Shown here piece by piece: positions 1 through 12,499 of a DNA stretch of 64,000 nucleotides. Numbering within the stretch: the stretch's first letter is position 1; each line of letters starts with the position of its first letter. Below the pieces are notes generated by a model that was given only the letters and a program-made list of their open reading frames with translations, searched no databases and was not told where the DNA came from. Both the position numbers and the translations under genes were made by a program. Source of the DNA: Octopus sinensis (lineage: Eukaryota); assembly GCF_006345805.1 (NCBI RefSeq), contig NC_043003.1, positions 72,974,001 to 73,038,000 of the forward strand, in the 5' to 3' direction.

Positions 1-158
1 TATATATGTGTTGTGTATATATATGTATATATGTATATATACATGTATGCATATATATATATATGTAGATATATATATATATATATACATGTATGCATAT
101 ATATATGTATATGTAGATATATATATATATATATATTATATATATAAATATTTACACA

Positions 159-208
<50 letters not shown>

Positions 209-269
209 ATATATATATATACAATGCATATATATATATGTATATATATATATACTCATCCCGTTTTCA

Positions 270-650
270 TATTTCATTCTCGTAGTCTCCATGATAGTTA
301 TTATTTAAGTAAACTGTGTGATTTGGCTGGTATTCCTAGTTCATTGTAGCTACGTAGATTCTGTTTTTGTTGGAGCGTTTCTACAAAGGCAGTAGTCTGA
401 GAGAAAAATCAATGACACATTTGGAAGCACTATCTATAATATTCGTAATATCTTCCAATTTGCTTCTTGGAAACCGAAACTTGCGACATCTAAGGAATGC
501 TTCAATATCATTATCTTTTTTTCACATGAGAGATTTTGGTTACTATCTGCTGATATTCGATTGTAAGATAATAATCTTCAAAATAAGAAATGGTTTAGCA
601 ATAATTATTTCGGGATAGGCTTTTCTGGATCTATATCTGTATTACCATCC
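270..650 (-). mobile_element. Decayed CR1/L2-like LINE reverse transcriptase fragment
   Basis: Minus-strand translation across frameshifts gives FGFQ..EDITNIIDS..VIDFS..LGI.., resembling the CR1-type 'GF..LE.IT..ID..DVIYLDF.KAFD..KL..GI' region; multiple stops. Confidence 0.4.
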
Positions 651-827
651 ATATGTCAAGACACTAATACTCATATGTATGCTTGGTATCTATTTCTATC
701 TACACTCATACACACACACATAACAACCACACATACATACATACATACATACTCACACACACACACACACACACACCACACATATATATATACAAATAAT
801 GAACAGACACATAAACTAGCACACACA

Positions 828-891
<64 letters not shown>

Positions 892-954
892 CATATATAT
901 ACATATATATATATACATATATACATATATATATACATATATACATACATATAT

Positions 955-987
<33 letters not shown>

Positions 988-1018
988 TACATATGCATAT
1001 ATGTATAGATATATAGAC

Positions 1019-1051
<33 letters not shown>

Positions 1052-1119
1052 ATATAAATATATACATATATTTATATATAAACATATATATGTACATATA
1101 TATGTACTATTTACTGTTT

Positions 1120-1511
1120 TACTTGTTTCAGTCATTTGACTGCGGCCATGCTGGAACACCGCCTTTAGCCGAGCAAATCAACTCCAGGACTTATTGTTTG
1201 GAAACGTAGTACTTATTCTGTCGATCTCTTTTGCCGAACCGCTAAGTTACGGGGACGTAAACACACCACCATCGGTTGTCAAGCGATGTTGGGGGTCAAA
1301 CACAGACACACAAACATATACACACACATACATATACATATTCATATATACGACGGGCTTCTTTCAGTTTCCATCTACCAAATCCACTCACCAGTCTTTG
1401 GTCGGCCCGAAGTTATAGTAGAAGACACTTGCCCAAGATGCTACGCAGTGGGAATGAACCTGGCACTGTGTGGTTGGTAAACAAGGTATTTACCACAAAG
1501 CCACTCTTGCG

Positions 1512-1513
<2 letters not shown>
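1120..1513 (-). mobile_element. tRNA-derived SINE (octopod type), full length
   Basis: Reverse complement starts AGGCGCAAGAGTGGC..GTGGTAA..GGTTCATTCCCACTGCG (A/B-box-like head), has an internal (GT/AT)n tract and ends GCATGGCCGCAGTCAAATGACTGAAACAAGTAAAA; same family as 47511-47895. Confidence 0.85.
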
Positions 1514-1579
<66 letters not shown>

Positions 1580-1584
1580 TATTT

Positions 1585-1653
<69 letters not shown>

Positions 1654-1654
1654 T

Positions 1655-2290
1655 AGTTGGAGAGATACCCGGGGTTGCTCGGGATTAACATGGTATAGTT
1701 TGTATATATATAAATATATATATATTATGTTATGTTGAAACAGGTGATACCAGAAAGTGCAGCATTGATGACAAAATATATGTGGAGTAAATGATAGTCT
1801 AATTGGACTAAATGACATGTAAATCGTTCGTGTGGAGGATTGCATGTTCTAACCTATCATGGAAAATTGGGATAAGGCCGTTATATAATTTTTGAGCTCA
1901 CCGACAAGTTGTCAGTGAACATACTCACCTTTGAGGCGGTCAGCGCTGCGTCTAACATGGCCCATCATATTTTTGACAATCAAATGAATGGAGGTGTAAT
2001 AGAGATATTGTACGTAAATTGGCTGCAATGGGAGATGGCAACGGGAAATTGACATGTTGAAATGTTGCAGAAGGCGAAAGGTTGACATTGGATTGCTGGT
2101 GCGGCCGAAGAATCGGAAACATAAAATGAGTGTATGCAGTCACATGAGTATATGTAATAATGAATTGCTGGGCATGTATATAGTATGTCTGTATTTTTGT
2201 ATGCAGTGTAAATTAAGTGAAAATAAGTAAATGAACGAAATAGAAGCACATGCATGTAACTGCTAATTTAACGGTAAATGCCACAATGAT
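1655..2290 (-). mobile_element. Non-autonomous Helitron fragment
   Basis: Minus-strand 3' end has hairpin CCCG-AGCAACCC-CGGG ahead of a degenerate CTAG (CTAT); internal 1740-2100 is the diverged reverse complement of 35940-36310 inside the Helitron at 34803-36435. Confidence 0.65.
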
Positions 2291-2311
2291 TATTGCGGAG
2301 AGATAAAGAAT

Positions 2312-2411
<100 letters not shown>

Positions 2412-2749
2412 AGGATACATTTCTTAGTGTAAGGGTAAATATATAATTGTAAATACCTTGCAACCTTGCAACATTGCAACTGCTGCTATAATTATTAACT
2501 GGTAGTGGAACAGTAAATGTGTATTTCTATATATAACTTGGACCTTGCCACCTCATTGCTTTTTCCATTGTTTTTCTTGAACCCACATACATACATTCAG
2601 GGATGTCAGTCGTCATGTATGTATATGTATGTGTAGATGTATGCGTGTATGTTTAATAACGTACCTAACGCGAAAAGGCACACACTATTAAATATATACA
2701 AACTCATACACTTACATACATACACTCACAGATAGATACACAGTCATAT

Positions 2750-3800
2750 ACAAAATGTGATCTCATTGTCGTCGTGGTATAAAATGTTCTGTTGACAATA
2801 GAAGGGTTGCAGTGTGGAAGAAGTTTGTAAGCCATTCACGAACACGTAAAAACCGTTAGTTTCACTTCAGCAATTAAATTTCATTTGTGTCAAAATATCA
2901 TCGTCACTTTGAAAGAAGAAGAAGGAGTAGGAAAGAAAAGAGAAAAGAAGAAAAAGACGGCAGTGGTTTGACAGTAGTAGACTCGTTGGTAGAGTTTTCT
3001 TAGATGGTCAAGTGACCTAAAAGGGATCCGTGTGGCGATTGGAATTGTTCTGAATAAGTTCATGAGTAGTTCTGAATATATCGTTTTCAATATTTGCGTG
3101 GGTTTTATTTCAAGGCACTTGTTGTAGTGTCATCGGTGGTGGAAGCATTCAAAAGGTGTTTATGTTTTGCGATAAAATATGACTCTTTGCTAATGCGCTG
3201 ATTATAAGTTGCATCGTATCTGAATTTGTAAAGGGAAAAAATTCTGAATTTAGGTTGTTCTTTAGTGGCGCAAATGTCGATGCGTTCGCTAAATGCTATT
3301 TTTCTGTATTCCCGAATTATAATTTGAGATCCATTTAGGGTCATCGTCTGGCGTAGACTGTTTTTGGTTTGGCCTATGTATTGCTCTCGACATCCTGAGC
3401 AAGTTAACACATATATTGGGTATTTCGAAGCACATGTGAAGTTAATTTTAACTGTAAAACTTTGACCTTGTTTAAAGGAGAACTCCGATCCCTCAGTTAG
3501 GTTGACGCATATACCAAAGTTAAGTTTTCCGCATTTTTTACTGACGGTTTCAATGTTGTTGGCGAGTGTGCTTTGGGTTGTGTTAGGAGACTTTTCCTTG
3601 ACTTGGGTTATCTTTTGCTCTTTATGATGGTGTGCGTTTGGAAGATTAGATTCATTCTGGGCTTTCCTTATAGTAGAGGAATGTTCTGGAGAATGCTGTC
3701 AAAGGTTTCATTGTTAAGGGAGTTGAGTGTGGAGATGTTTGGTAGGGCTTTTGGTTGTAAATCCTTCTTTAGTTTGAGATGTCTTAGTTCGTGGATGTTG
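2750..3800 (-). mobile_element. Penelope-like element remnant (RT thumb + GIY-YIG endonuclease + 3' UTR)
   Basis: ORF 3105-3410 (IYV)LTCSGCREQYIGQTKNSLRQ is a GIY-YIG motif pair; upstream KKCG..C..L.EGSEF and LPNISTLN.LNNETF match the Penelope linker/thumb; frameshifts present. Confidence 0.85.
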
Positions 3801-3959
3801 AGTTGTATATGTATATGCATATTCATATACATATATATATATATATACATATGCATATATATATATCAAACTGAGTGCTTCAAGCTAAGATAATATCCAA
3901 TTACAGAGTATATCTATTAGTGACTAATAATATTTTCTTTTCAACATATATATGAAATT

Positions 3960-4420
3960 ATGCTTGCTTGCTTCATGTTTTTGCTTGATGGCGTTGGTGT
4001 CAACCCAGGTCAGTCATCTCACAGACATCATGCGTAAAGCCGAGCAATTTCACCACTACTTTCCATCGCTGGCAGTCCAGTGCTAGCTCTTGCCCATCTT
4101 GCAAGATGACGTTTATCCGCTGCAGATCTTCCTTAATCACGTCGATCTGACTGATGCGGGGCCTCTCCTAGCCCGCAGCTGCTGCGTTGAATGAGAGTAA
4201 AGCCTTGGTAGGATGATCTTGCAGGAGGCGGATGACCTGTCCGCACCGGTGCATGCGACGGTTAACTACAAGGTGGGAGGTTGTAAGCTGATGCGTGCGC
4301 ACACGCAGTTCTTTGCTGGAAACAAATAATTTAATATTCTTTGGAATACAAATGCTTTTAAGCTTTACCTGTAACGCAATTGGGGTACTACATTGATTCC
4401 ATTCCAATGCTATAATTTAT
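3960..4420 (-). mobile_element. RTE-clade LINE 3' fragment
   Basis: Translation SKELRVRTHQ..SHLVVNRRMHRCGQVIRL..DHP..LL..RPR..DVIKEDL..LA.D..RWK.VV matches the RTE ORF C-terminus. Confidence 0.7.
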
Positions 4421-5438
4421 AAGGTGGCAAGCTGGTAGAATCATTACCACTATGGACAAAATGTTTTGTGGCGTTTCGTCAGACTCTTTACCTTCTGAGT
4501 ATAAAGGCCGCTAATGTTGACTTTGTCATATCTAAGTACCAGTAAAGTACTGGGGTCGACGAAGTGATTGAATCCCGCTACTTTGAAAACATGCTACCAT
4601 TGTACCAAAATTAGAATATCATTATAATTAATCTAATATTTCACTAGGTCATTGCAAAGTTCCGCTTGTTCTGGGAAAGCATGATAAGAATGAATATAGA
4701 TGAAAATATCATCTGTAAACATTTATATATTTAACGAATTTTATTTCCCCTTTCCTTTATTGCTGTTCGAAACAGTAACTGCTTTCACGCACGCACGTTT
4801 ATGGTTTCGCTGAGTGATTTTACATGAGTTAGAAGTATTGTTTCTGCAGTAACTTAGACATGATGATATTTATTTAGTCAACTGTGATGCTAACCATGGA
4901 TCTTACAACCGGTGGATATTAGGACATGCAGAAATGTCTTTGTTCAAATGTGAAACATTATGAGAAATAATAGAGTTATCGACACATTTAACTATACTTT
5001 TCTAATGTTTCTAACTCAGTGATGAGAGTTCCTAGAAACTAAGTAGTAGAAAAAACCAAACAAAAACAGAGAAAACTAAAAAAAAAAGTCATTGAACCCT
5101 TCACATAGTTAACAGCTGTCTACCATTTGCACGGTTACATAGAAATACTCATGATAGCAAAGGAACGCAATGCAAGACTATCTGGTTTTGATGAATTCTT
5201 AGTTCTTGGAGGGATGATATTTTGATGTAAAATCTTTGAGTAATTTACATTCTGGTAAATATATATATATATATATATTTATATATAGGTGCAGTATATA
5301 TATATATATATTATATATATATATATTTATATATATATATATATATTGATAAAACGGTAAGATAACAAAAGAAAGAAAGAGACCTCAATATTACGTAAAT
5401 AGAGGAAATTTATCTATACAATATGTTATATTACTCGG

Positions 5439-5512
5439 TAGTCAAGATAAAACTCTGAGTTTCAGATGCCGAAGTGGAAATCCACAACACCATCTCTTCG
5501 GTTATCTGGCTA
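5439..5512 (-). ncRNA. Type I hammerhead-ribozyme-like motif in Penelope pLTR (left arm)
   Basis: Reverse complement: stem I AGATAA/TTATCT, core CCGAAGA, stem II GATG..(GTGG ATTT CCAC)..CATC, T-GAAA, palindromic stem III ACTC-A-GAGT, triplet GUU. Deviates from consensus by U4C and an extra U before GAAA. Confidence 0.6.
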
Positions 5513-5721
5513 TTTGAAAACGTTATGAAAAAATACCGTTAAATAAAGGGAAATTACTCTGTTATAACTCTGCTTGCCTGCGTACTTATACATCGCTCGC
5601 ATTTTTCGTCATAAAAATTATGTAAAAATTATATAAAAATACATAAAAAATATATAAAAAATATATAAAAATATATAAAAATATATAAATTCTTCTTGGG
5701 ACATAACATAGAAAGCATGTT

Positions 5722-7200
5722 CTATCTGTTTTCTTTAGGGGACCAAGAACGTAACAGAAATTTAGTCACATGTGGGCATGATCCGAAAAGCTCTGTCCTT
5801 GTATTTAGACATGTAGTAGGGTCTAAGCTGCTTTTCCAGATAAGCCATCTCTCCATGTCGCATAGACCGCACCGTCCGCTGCCGTTAGTATAGGGCTTAC
5901 ATCTGACCAAAATATTCCATTGTATGTTATAATCGACACCTTTATCTCTTAAAGACCAAATATGATTAGATAATTGTGTCGCTTTTCTTTTGTTCCAGTG
6001 CCTAAAGCTCAAAGTGTGGTTATTGAACCTGGCCTTGAAATTACCCTCTGTAAGGCCCACGTATTTCTTCGTCGAAACGGTGTCTTTAGTGGTTATAGAG
6101 TTTACGGTAGCTTCATATATGATGGTCTTGGACATGCAAGCTCCATTTAGCGGGCACAATTCTTTATTCCTGCATGAACAGCTGTTTTCTTCTTGTGTTT
6201 TTTGTATGTTATGTTTGATTATGTTTTTAAAATTGGTAGTTGAACTAAAACTAATTTTTAAATTGTGTCTATTGAAGAGTTTCCTATAAGTATGGTTAAC
6301 TGGAAAATGTCTATCTATCAGTGCTAGGAAATATTTACCTATATTGAAGGCCACCTCGGGTGTAAACCAGATGACCTTTCTATTTCTATTATTCCTTTTC
6401 CTTACTGTTGGGCTAGTGATAGGTGTATATTTTATTTTATCGCTAAAACCACTATCTTTTAAAGCCTTATTATAAACTGGGGCAACGCTATTGAAGATGT
6501 CCTCATCAGATGAGAGGCTAGAAATCCTCTTACTAATATTTTTAACTAAATTTTCGAATACTATAGGGGGATGGCATGAACCTACATTAATATAACTTAG
6601 TCTATCACTGGGCTTCCTATAAGGCTTATAAATATTCTTATTAAGATCTAAGGAAACGTCTAAGAAATTGACAACCGTCAGGTTAGTATCTATAGTTATA
6701 CTAAGTCCGAAGTGTTTCATTAACTGGATAATATCCTTCCTAAAACGATCTTGTGCTGGTCCATTTGTATTAGCTGTTAAGGCGAGGGCATCATCTTTGT
6801 AGATGGCGAAATGTATGTTAGGGAATGTCTTACCTAAGGTATCTAGGAGAAAAAGTCCAATTAGATCACAGATGCCTGCCCCATCATATAAACCCATACT
6901 CACATCCAAAGCGCCCTCTGTGTCGGTGTTTTTTACCCACTTTGCATTCTCACTGAAAAGTAATGTCTTTCTAGCATGGAAGATTATGTCCTTATCATTG
7001 GTACTAATTTCTATGAAGTCACTAGCGAAGATGAGGGCTTTATCTAGCAGTTCTTTAGAGATAGAGGCATAAAAATCAACAATATCGAATTGTGTAAACC
7101 TCGCTTTTTTCTTATTCTTAATGGCTTTAAACCAGTCTACGACTTCTATACTATTGGACCATTGTACTAGCCTAGTATCGGTCTTAATTTTCGTATTTAA
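5722..7200 (-). pseudogene. 5'-truncated Penelope RT + GIY-YIG ORF, one frameshift near 6935
   Basis: FTQFDIVDFYASIS (RT motif A, ~7050-7095), DVSMGLYDGAGICDLIGL (motif B), AIYKDDAL (catalytic YxDD), IIYEATV..KYVGLTEGNFKARFNNH (GIY-YIG); 395-aa ORF 5722-6909; frame break in the A-run of TGGGTAAAAACACC. Confidence 0.92.
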
Positions 7201-7398
7201 TATTTAGTTAAAAATATTAGTAAGAGGATTTCTAGCCTCTCATCTGATGAGGACATCTTCAATAGCATTGCCCCAGTTTATAATAAGGCTTTAAAAGATA
7301 GTGGTTTTAGCGATAAAATAAAACATACACCTATCACTAGCCCAACAGTAAAGAAAAGGAATAATAGAAATAGGAAGGTCATCTGGTTTACACCCGAG

Positions 7399-8031
7399 GT
7401 GGCCTTCAATATAGGTAAATATTTCCTAGCACTGATAGATAGACATTTTCCAGTTAACCATACTTATAGGAAACTCTTCAATAGACACAATTTAAAAATT
7501 AGTTTTAGTTCAACTACCAATTTTAAAAACATAATCAAACATAACATACAAAAAACACAAGAAGAAAACAGCTGTTTATGCAGGAATAAAGAATTGTGCC
7601 CGCTAAATGGAGCTTGCATGTCCAAGACCATCATATATGATGCTACCGTAAACTCTATAACCACTAAAGACACCGTTTCGACGAAGAAATACGTGGGCCT
7701 TACAGAGGGTAATTTCAAGGCCAGGTTCAATAACCACACTTTGAGCTTTAGGCACTGGAACAAAAGAAAAGCGACACAATTATCTAATCATATTTGGTCT
7801 TTAAGAGATAAAGGTGTCGATTATAACATACAATGGAATATTTTGGCCAGATGTAAGCCCTATACTAACGGCAGCGGAAGGTGCGGTCTATGCGACATGG
7901 AGAGATGGCTTATCTGGAAAAGCAGCTTAGACCCTATTACATGTCTAAATACAAGGACAGAGCTTTTCGGATCATGCCCACATGTGACTAAATTTCTGTT
8001 ACGTTTTTGGTCCCCTAAAGAAAACAGATAG
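7399..8031 (+). pseudogene. Duplicated Penelope GIY-YIG C-terminal ORF in the inverted arm
   Basis: 210-aa ORF nearly identical to the C-terminal part of 5722-6909 (KYVGLTEGNFKARFNNH..CGLCDMER..RTELFGSCPH). Confidence 0.9.
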
Positions 8032-8240
8032 AACATGCTTTCTATGTTATGTCCCAAGAAGAATTTATATATTTTTATATATTTTTATATATTTTTTATA
8101 TATTTTTTATGTATTTTTATATAATTTTTACATAATTTTTATGACGAAAAATGCGAGCGATGTATAAGTACGCAGGCAAGCAGAGTTATAACAGAGTAAT
8201 TTCCCTTTATTTAACGGTATTTTTTCATAACGTTTTCAAA

Positions 8241-8314
8241 TAGCCAGATAACCGAAGAGATGGTGTTGTGGATTTCCACTTCGGCATCTGAAACTCAGAG
8301 TTTCATCTTGACTA
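8241..8314 (+). ncRNA. Type I hammerhead-ribozyme-like motif in Penelope pLTR (right arm)
   Basis: Same motif as 5439-5512 with one stem I mismatch (TCATCT instead of TTATCT). Confidence 0.55.
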
Positions 8315-8361
8315 CCGAGTAATGTAACATATTGTATATATATATATATATATTATATATA

Positions 8362-8427
<66 letters not shown>

Positions 8428-8884
8428 ATATATATATATAGGTGCAGTATATATATAACTAATGTAGGATAAAAATTTTTTCGGGAAAAAAAAAATGATC
8501 CTACATTAGTTATAAATTTAATAGTGTTCACTTCCGGATTCTCTCACTCAGTGAAAGTTTCTAGTTCGAATCACACATGTCTCGAGATGTGCCGAAGATT
8601 TTCTATTTTGGATATATTTGGGGTACTTAGGTCTGCTCAGGACTTAGTGCTTGCTTTTTCCACGAGTATGAGTAAGTATTTCACTTATATCTCACATATT
8701 TATCGCTGAAGAGGGGAAAATTCTTATGAATTAACCCCGAAATTGGGACCAATGCGGTGATAACGGATATTTTAGAAATTTCTATCGGTTTGTTTCGAGA
8801 CGCATAAATTATAATGATTATTGACAATTTTGTCTTTTTTTCGGCATATTTGGCATTAGAATTTTTCTTTTGCATTTATTTTGT

Positions 8885-8963
<79 letters not shown>

Positions 8964-9549
8964 ACACTTTCTAATGTATCCTTTCTTAATTTAAGATGGT
9001 GGGGGTGTGATTTGTGAGTGTTTAGCAGAATGAGCAACAATGTGTCAATTTCCTTTCTCCCATTACACATTCTACTTTATATTTTTAGCATAGGTGGTTG
9101 ATTTACTTAACTATAGTTGATAACAGAATGAGAGATTTTCCGCCTACATATATACACGTACCGACATCAGTTCTGACGTGAAGATGTTCCTTTACTTTAC
9201 GTAATAATTGTTCAAAGTACATGTTGTACATAAAAGACAAGATCAAAAGCCCAATGAATTACTATAGAATATGGCTAAGAAATGGACAATTTTAAAATTA
9301 AGGTTCCAAAGCAAATATAGTTCCAAAATGTTTCAGGTAAAGATATATCACATCTTGATACCAAATAAACTTTGTATAGCTAAGAATCCGTTACTCATTC
9401 TGCTGATGGAATGGCATGCCAATACTTAGTCGTAATTGTATTACACTGCATGATATTACATACAATTTTGCGATTCTCTGTCAGCTGGGTTGATAAAAAC
9501 TATCAACTGATTGAGATAAAAGAGTGTATTTCACACTAAGTATCGATAG

Positions 9550-10200
9550 AGAATATAACCATATCTATGGTTTATGGCTTTTCAGTTTTCCCGCTTCGTT
9601 GAAAGTTTAACAATAAAAGTTTAGCTCTATCCCGTCTTCAAAACTTTCTGGAATTTGATCGTTGATATCAAGTCAGATGTGACAGACAGAATTCAGTAGC
9701 TGAAGGAACCAACCCACAAGGAATCAATCCCTGTTGTTTTTATTTCTCTCAATTGATCGTCTAAATGAAAATCTTAATATTTTCAAATATTGCAGGCCAA
9801 ACGCCTTATCGATAGAGAGGATCATGTTCTGAGATACTCTTCAAGGCTTAAACAGTTCTTGGTACATTGTTCTACTTTCTTCTACCTCACATCAGCAATC
9901 TTCATTGTTTATCTCTAGCAGGTTTAAACTGTTTTGGATTTGGTCTATATAATTGGTTTTTGATCCCGCAATACAAGCCTTATCGAGCAAACTAATCAAA
10001 AGGGAGGCGTTGTTTTATCTCCAGTTAGCCTCGAACGGGGTGACCTTTGATGAGAAGGAGAATGTTGCTTAGCTCCATACCAGCACTGCCAAACAACGAT
10101 TTTTGAAGAAAAGGAAGTGTTCTTCACCCACAAGCACCCTTTGATCGAGCAACCCTATTCCAGCAAGGAAAATTCCGGGTTCCTTTCAGATGCTGGATTA
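9550..10200 (-). mobile_element. Heavily decayed LINE RT-like remnant (possibly L1/Tx1)
   Basis: Minus strand near 9790-9830 reads MILSIDKAFG, similar to L1 'MIISIDAEKAFD'; the rest is unrecognisable. Confidence 0.25.
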
Positions 10201-12149
10201 TATTATCCAGTTATTCCCCTCATTTTTAAAGAGAGTATTGTGTAATTTTAAAAACATTTAGCTGTTATTTCCATTAACTTGAGAAACTATTTCTTATAGT
10301 CACATTCTAATTTAGTAGTGACGCAGTTGACAGGTATAATTAAGATGTAATTTGCTCTGCTTCTTTCACAAGATCTGCAATGAAAAATCACATCTTCTCC
10401 ACTTCTTATACTATTTATGATGACTTAATTTGTTATATCCCATCTTTTGTGTTATTAATTACTCTATATATGTAATGAATGACTGAGAGATGCATTTAAG
10501 TCGTTCATGTATACATTCAGATTTACATATACACAGACATAATCACAGACATACACATATAGAAACACAGACACACTCCTCCCACACACTCACACACACA
10601 CACGCGCATGTACTGAGATTAAATGTAAACAATGTTTAGATTCCTTAACGTCAGAATATGGCATTTAGCTAGATTTTGTAAAGACTGTTACGTGAGGTTG
10701 TACTATATATTTAATCATTCCTCTCTTTCTCTCTTTCCTTCTCTCTCCTCTAGAGAGAAAGAGAGTTAAACAGAGCGTAGAGAGAGTGTGTGAGAGAGAG
10801 AAAGAAAGAATGAAAGAAAGGGAGGTAGAGGAAGACGAATACATATGTATGTATATGTATATGCAGCACAATCTAACTTAGCACTCTTATATCCATTAAT
10901 ATTTCTATATTAAAAAAGCATAAATGTTATATATATATATATATAGTTGGACGCACAGTGTACAGACACACACACATACGCACACACACACACAAACACA
11001 GATACACACGCAGACACACACACATATTGTTGAGCAATACATTACCGCCTGTTTCATGTTAACTACTGCACTTGGCCATATGGATGACTCTTCTGGTAAG
11101 TTGACCGGATGCGCTAACCTTATTTATACTGGAGGTATTTAGTTCTGTTTGGATGGCTTTTGGTAAAGAGACCCATATCGAAACGTAAACGTACTTGACT
11201 ATGCTGCTAAATACCGGACTGGTACTATCTGGCATTTTAGGGACTGAAACTAAACAGCTGATACAAACTTTGGTAAATAATTGTTATGTGAAATATGTAA
11301 AAAATAAAACTTATATAAAGTTCATAATGTAATCATGTGATACGATCCAATTCAATTTCTTTCGGGGAGAAAAAACACAAACATAAAGCTTTTAAAAGCA
11401 GATGTATATTCAATTAAGATGTTATGAATTATGTTTTCTAAAACTGCTATTTCCCTGATTTAGTCATAGGTATTCCTTTGTGAAATGAATGATTATTCTT
11501 TTGAATCCGTGATTAAAAGAAACCTTTTATTCGAGATCATTAGGACAATATACATCAACTTCAATTCACCAAAGAGGATTATCACCGGGAGCAGCATAGC
11601 CCAACAATACGACAACAGCAGGAATACTGACAATGTCACTAGCAATAGGGAAAAAAAAGTAAAAATATAAAAATACAGCTGGCAGCCATCTTGCCTTTGA
11701 ATCACATTAAAATAAGAAAGAGCTCATACATATAACAATTGTTTTTCTCGGAGTTATGAAATCTTAATAGTCATGATGGATATAAAAAAGAATTAAAATA
11801 ATTAACGTAGTTTCTTCCTTTAGTTATATGGATACAGCGAAAGAAACTTCATCGCCAATTAAATTATTTCAATGGAAAACAATTGCATCAAGAGACATTT
11901 ATTTAATGTGAGTGATCGTTACTGACAGTAACATTAGCTGTGAAAGAAAAGGATCAACATCCACCATATTTGTCACAAATTGGCGGAAGAGCTGCCATAA
12001 CAACAAGCCAATACAATTATTAACAGTGATGGAACATTGTAGTGATCCAGAATATTAATTAAAATTAAGTCATATTGAGAAGAAAAAATCATTATCTTAT
12101 CAACTAATTCTAGTGAAGACTGTTAGGGGAGATAAGCACAGTATTTAAA

Positions 12150-12235
12150 TGTAGTAGTAGTGGAAGTAGTAGCAGAAGCAGTTTCAATAACAACAGCTGA
12201 AGTAGCAGCAGTAATAGTAGTAGTAGTAGTAGTAA

Positions 12236-12300
<65 letters not shown>

Positions 12301-12301
12301 T
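12150..12301. repeat. (TAG)n trinucleotide microsatellite
   Basis: Direct reading; explains the poly-Leu ORF 12110-12394. Confidence 0.95.
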
Positions 12302-12499
12302 GGGGGAACGCATACTAGTATTTGACTGAATTAAAATAGTGGGGAAGGTGAGAGAGATTTTCAGCTTGAGGTAAGAACTTGGGGCATATTTCAATCATAT
12401 TTAATCTCATCAGCCAAACATCTTTTAATTTAATTTGTGAGTCACACTGCCATCCGCCACCGATCTATGAGCGCTACCCTCGTGAAGAGGCGATTCATA

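Larger units (their letters stand above)
5345..8337. mobile_element. Penelope-like element with inverted partial duplication (arms ~5410-6560 and ~7202-8337, spacer ~640 bp)
   Basis: 7202-8337 is the near-identical reverse complement of 5410-6560; RT/GIY-YIG ORF on the - strand; both flanks are (TA)n-GGTGCAG-(TA)n. Confidence 0.95.

Noticed and set aside
2850-2885. CTGAAG-TGAAAC..GTT in the 3' UTR of the first Penelope remnant
   Set aside because: Stem II is absent and stem I does not pair; at most a deleted hammerhead relic.
11080-11095. ATGGATGACTCTTCTG|GTAAGT as first coding exon; also ..ATGA|GTAAGT at 8668-8671 downstream of an ETS-like CACTTCCGG
   Set aside because: Both end in phase 1 while the TM exon needs phase 0, and no bridging exon was found; unresolved without RNA data.
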